Shown here: positions 61,601 through 64,000 of the stretch, piece after piece
Layout: each line of letters opens with the position of its first letter
Numbering within the stretch: position 1 is the first letter of the stretch
Source: an uncultured cyanobacterium
GTDB lineage: Bacteria; Cyanobacteriota; Cyanobacteriia; Cyanobacteriales; Nostocaceae
Direction of reading: 5' to 3'
Length of the DNA: 64,000 nt
Assembly (NCBI GenBank): GCA_963706595.1
Contig: OY970166.1
Location: forward strand, 2,624,001 to 2,688,000
Notes under the pieces: generated by a model
Told to the model about the DNA's origin: nothing
Seen by the model: the letters and a program-made list of their open reading frames with translations, nothing else
Database searches by the model: none
Program-made: the position numbers and the translations under genes

Positions 61601-64000
61601 CTACCTAATTTGGTCAATGGTTAATAGCGGTTCGATTAAATCAACCATCGGCTCAAATTCAAATTGTTGCGCCATTTTAGTCAGGGAATTTAACAGCATC
61701 TGCTCTGTTTCCGGAATTTCTTTTACCAATTGCAAAACCAAATTAGTATCAGCTTCCAGTGTTGCTTCATATAATTGATTAATCCATGCTGGAGACATAC
61801 ATTTGAGATTATCAGATATTAAACAATTTTCTGCTATATTTGCATAATCGACTGGATTATTGTCTGCAAATATGTATTTTACACCCAGATGTTTCGCCAA
61901 AGCATCAAAAATTATCTGTTCTGCAAAAGGTTTCCGCAGAAAGTCATCACAACCGGCAAAGAGAACTATGGCTTTTTCTTCTTCTAAAACACTCGCAGTT
62001 AAAGCAATGACAGCCGTCGCATTGCCTTTGGTGGTAGATTTAATCTGTTTTGTCGCCTCATAACCATCCATAATCGGCATCCGCATATCCATAAAAATTA
62101 AGTGAGGTTCCCACTCATCCCAAATAGTTATGGCTTCTTTGCCGTTACTAGCTTCTTTAATCTCAAAACCCAATGGTTGTAAAAGCCTAACTAGAAGTTG
62201 ACGATTAATCTGTTTATCATCGACTGCGAGGATTTTGTATGTAGGCTGACCAGCAGTCAGTCCTAGTACATGAGGACGCTCATCCACATCATTACTTTTG
62301 GTTTCTTGTCCTAATTTTGCTTGAATATAAAATTGAAATGTTGTGCCTTTTCCTAACTCGCTTTCTACTGAAATATCCCCACCCATTAACTGCACAAATT
62401 TCCGACTGATTGCTAAACCTAAACCCGTTCCTTCTTGCATTTCTCTTCCGGCTTCTGCTTGGGTAAAAGCCTCAAATAGTTTTGGTAGTTCGGCGGCGGA
62501 AATTCCTACTCCAGTATCACTGATCCGCATATAGAGATTAAAAACATCAGTTGTTTCTTGTTCTCCCTGAAAGACATAGAGAGTAACTTGACCTACAGAG
62601 GTAAATTTAATAGCATTACTGAGTAAATTGATTAATACCTGACGCAGTTTTACTTCATCGGTGCAGATATAATGCGGTAAATTTTTACTCCGCTTAAATA
62701 TGAGTGACAATCCGGCACTACTAGCCCGCAGATGCAGCATATCTTCTAAGTCATCTAGTAAGCGATGGAGATTAAAATCATTAATATTCAGGGTTGCTTT
62801 CCCGGCTTCGATTTTGGATAAATCGAGAATATGATTAATCAGGGTGAGTAAGTAGTCACCACTGCGATAAATAATGCCGGCATTTTCATATTGATCGGGC
62901 GGGAGGTTGTTTGCACGTAACATCAGTTGCGAAAAGCCAATAACAGCGTTGAGAGGCGATCGCAATTCATGGCTCATATTGGCAATAAACGCGCTTTTAG
63001 CGCGGTTTGCGGCTTCGGCTTTGGCCGCTAATTCCTGGGCTTTAGCTTCACTTGCTTGTAAATCTTTCGTTCGTTCAGAAACTCGTTGTTCTAATTCGGT
63101 ATTAACTGTTTTGAGATTTAACCGATAGTTATGGTTTTCTGTGACAATAGCTAACATCACCATAGTCGTCACAGATATTACACCCATAAACAATTGTAAC
63201 AATAAAATTGAATTACTTTTTAAAGCGGTGTTATAAAATATTCCTAAGCTATCACTCGTAGCAACAACAGCTACTGTAGATACAATTGCCACTAATAAAG
63301 TGGTGGTTTTATCACCAAAGCGGAAAGCTGACCAAAATAACGGTGGTAGTAGTAAATATTCTAAAGGTTGTGGTTGAATAAAAGTAAAATAGCTAATTAT
63401 ATATAAAGTAATTACTGTTGCTAACATTTCCCAGGTTAGCCAAGATTTAACTTTAAAATCAGGTGTTTTTTTGGCTAAAGATAAAATAGTAGGAGCAAAT
63501 AATAAAATTCCTATAGCATCGCCCACCCACCAATTTAAGGAGATGATTAAATATTTATTCCAGGGTTCGTAACCAGCTAAAGAAACTGTCATTGCACCTA
63601 ATAAGGATTGAAGAATTGTGCCAGGAAACAAGCTACAAACAGAGAAAATAACTACATTTCTGACTTGATAAAAAGGGTAATTAGTGTGAGTTAGGATAAG
63701 TATGAGAGTTACAGAAATTAGTGAGCCAATAGTAGTACCAAAACCTCCAATCATAGCTAAAATTGGCACTTTAATACCGATAGAATTAGCAAAGGTTGCT
63801 CCTAAGAATACTCCCAACCAATGCGATCGCCCCCAAAGCAACAAAAAGCCAACAGCAAAACCCGTAGCAGGCCAAATAGGAGTACCAAAAGCTGGAACTG
63901 ACATTGTTTTCAATACCAGCCAAGAGACGCTATAGTAACTGATGGCAATAATTAAGACATGAAACCACCAACGAGGATTTTGATAGTCAATACCGAGACG
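61601..64000 (-). CDS. MASE1-domain hybrid histidine kinase, tandem paralogue; 5' end outside the window
   Basis: Frame is open to 64000 (RLGIDYQNPRWWFH..., matching the paralogue N-terminus); same domain order. Confidence 0.9.
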   Translation of the reverse strand, partial: RLGIDYQNPRWWFHVLIIAISYYSVSWLVLKTMSVPAFGTPIWPATGFAVGFLLLWGRSHWLGVFLGATFANSIGIKVPILAMIGGFGTTIGSLISVTLILILTHTNYPFYQVRNVVIFSVCSLFPGTILQSLLGAMTVSLAGYEPWNKYLIISLNWWVGDAIGILLFAPTILSLAKKTPDFKVKSWLTWEMLATVITLYIISYFTFIQPQPLEYLLLPPLFWSAFRFGDKTTTLLVAIVSTVAVVATSDSLGIFYNTALKSNSILLLQLFMGVISVTTMVMLAIVTENHNYRLNLKTVNTELEQRVSERTKDLQASEAKAQELAAKAEAANRAKSAFIANMSHELRSPLNAVIGFSQLMLRANNLPPDQYENAGIIYRSGDYLLTLINHILDLSKIEAGKATLNINDFNLHRLLDDLEDMLHLRASSAGLSLIFKRSKNLPHYICTDEVKLRQVLINLLSNAIKFTSVGQVTLYVFQGEQETTDVFNLYMRISDTGVGISAAELPKLFEAFTQAEAGREMQEGTGLGLAISRKFVQLMGGDISVESELGKGTTFQFYIQAKLGQETKSNDVDERPHVLGLTAGQPTYKILAVDDKQINRQLLVRLLQPLGFEIKEASNGKEAITIWDEWEPHLIFMDMRMPIMDGYEATKQIKSTTKGNATAVIALTASVLEEEKAIVLFAGCDDFLRKPFAEQIIFDALAKHLGVKYIFADNNPVDYANIAENCLISDNLKCMSPAWINQLYEATLEADTNLVLQLVKEIPETEQMLLNSLTKMAQQFEFEPMVDLIEPLLTIDQIR

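Overview
64 kb of chromosome from a filamentous Nostocales-type cyanobacterium, judged from dense HIP1 GCGATCGC octamers, heptameric STRR repeats and photosynthesis genes (nblA, psbZ, psb35, bciB). Most genes are housekeeping or metabolic: anmK, selO, an A-adding tRNA nucleotidyltransferase, ribH, tRNA-Gly(GCC), rsmB, menH, mutL, tandem GH100 invertases and a four-gene acyl-lipid desaturase cluster desC-desA-desB-desD. There are two histidine kinase + diguanylate cyclase signalling modules, four Uma2 nucleases, a mazEF pair and many tiny mobile or repeat elements. No CRISPR array, prophage or intact transposase was seen. Best leads: (1) desD carries a copy of the desB leader, in which an out-of-frame 21-codon uORF of desB reappears as an in-frame N-terminal extension or a coupled mini-ORF; (2) a MazF with a ~33-aa helix-turn-helix-like insert; (3) a ProA paralogue lacking the catalytic Cys, paired with a Zn-ribbon membrane protein; (4) a candidate HLR1/RpaB-controlled sRNA near nblA; (5) nested MITEs and in-frame micro-insertions in mutL and a histidine kinase. 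Several frameshifts (33557, ~56524, 58.3-59.1 kb) may be sequencing errors. All family calls come from recognising motifs by eye; no searches were run.
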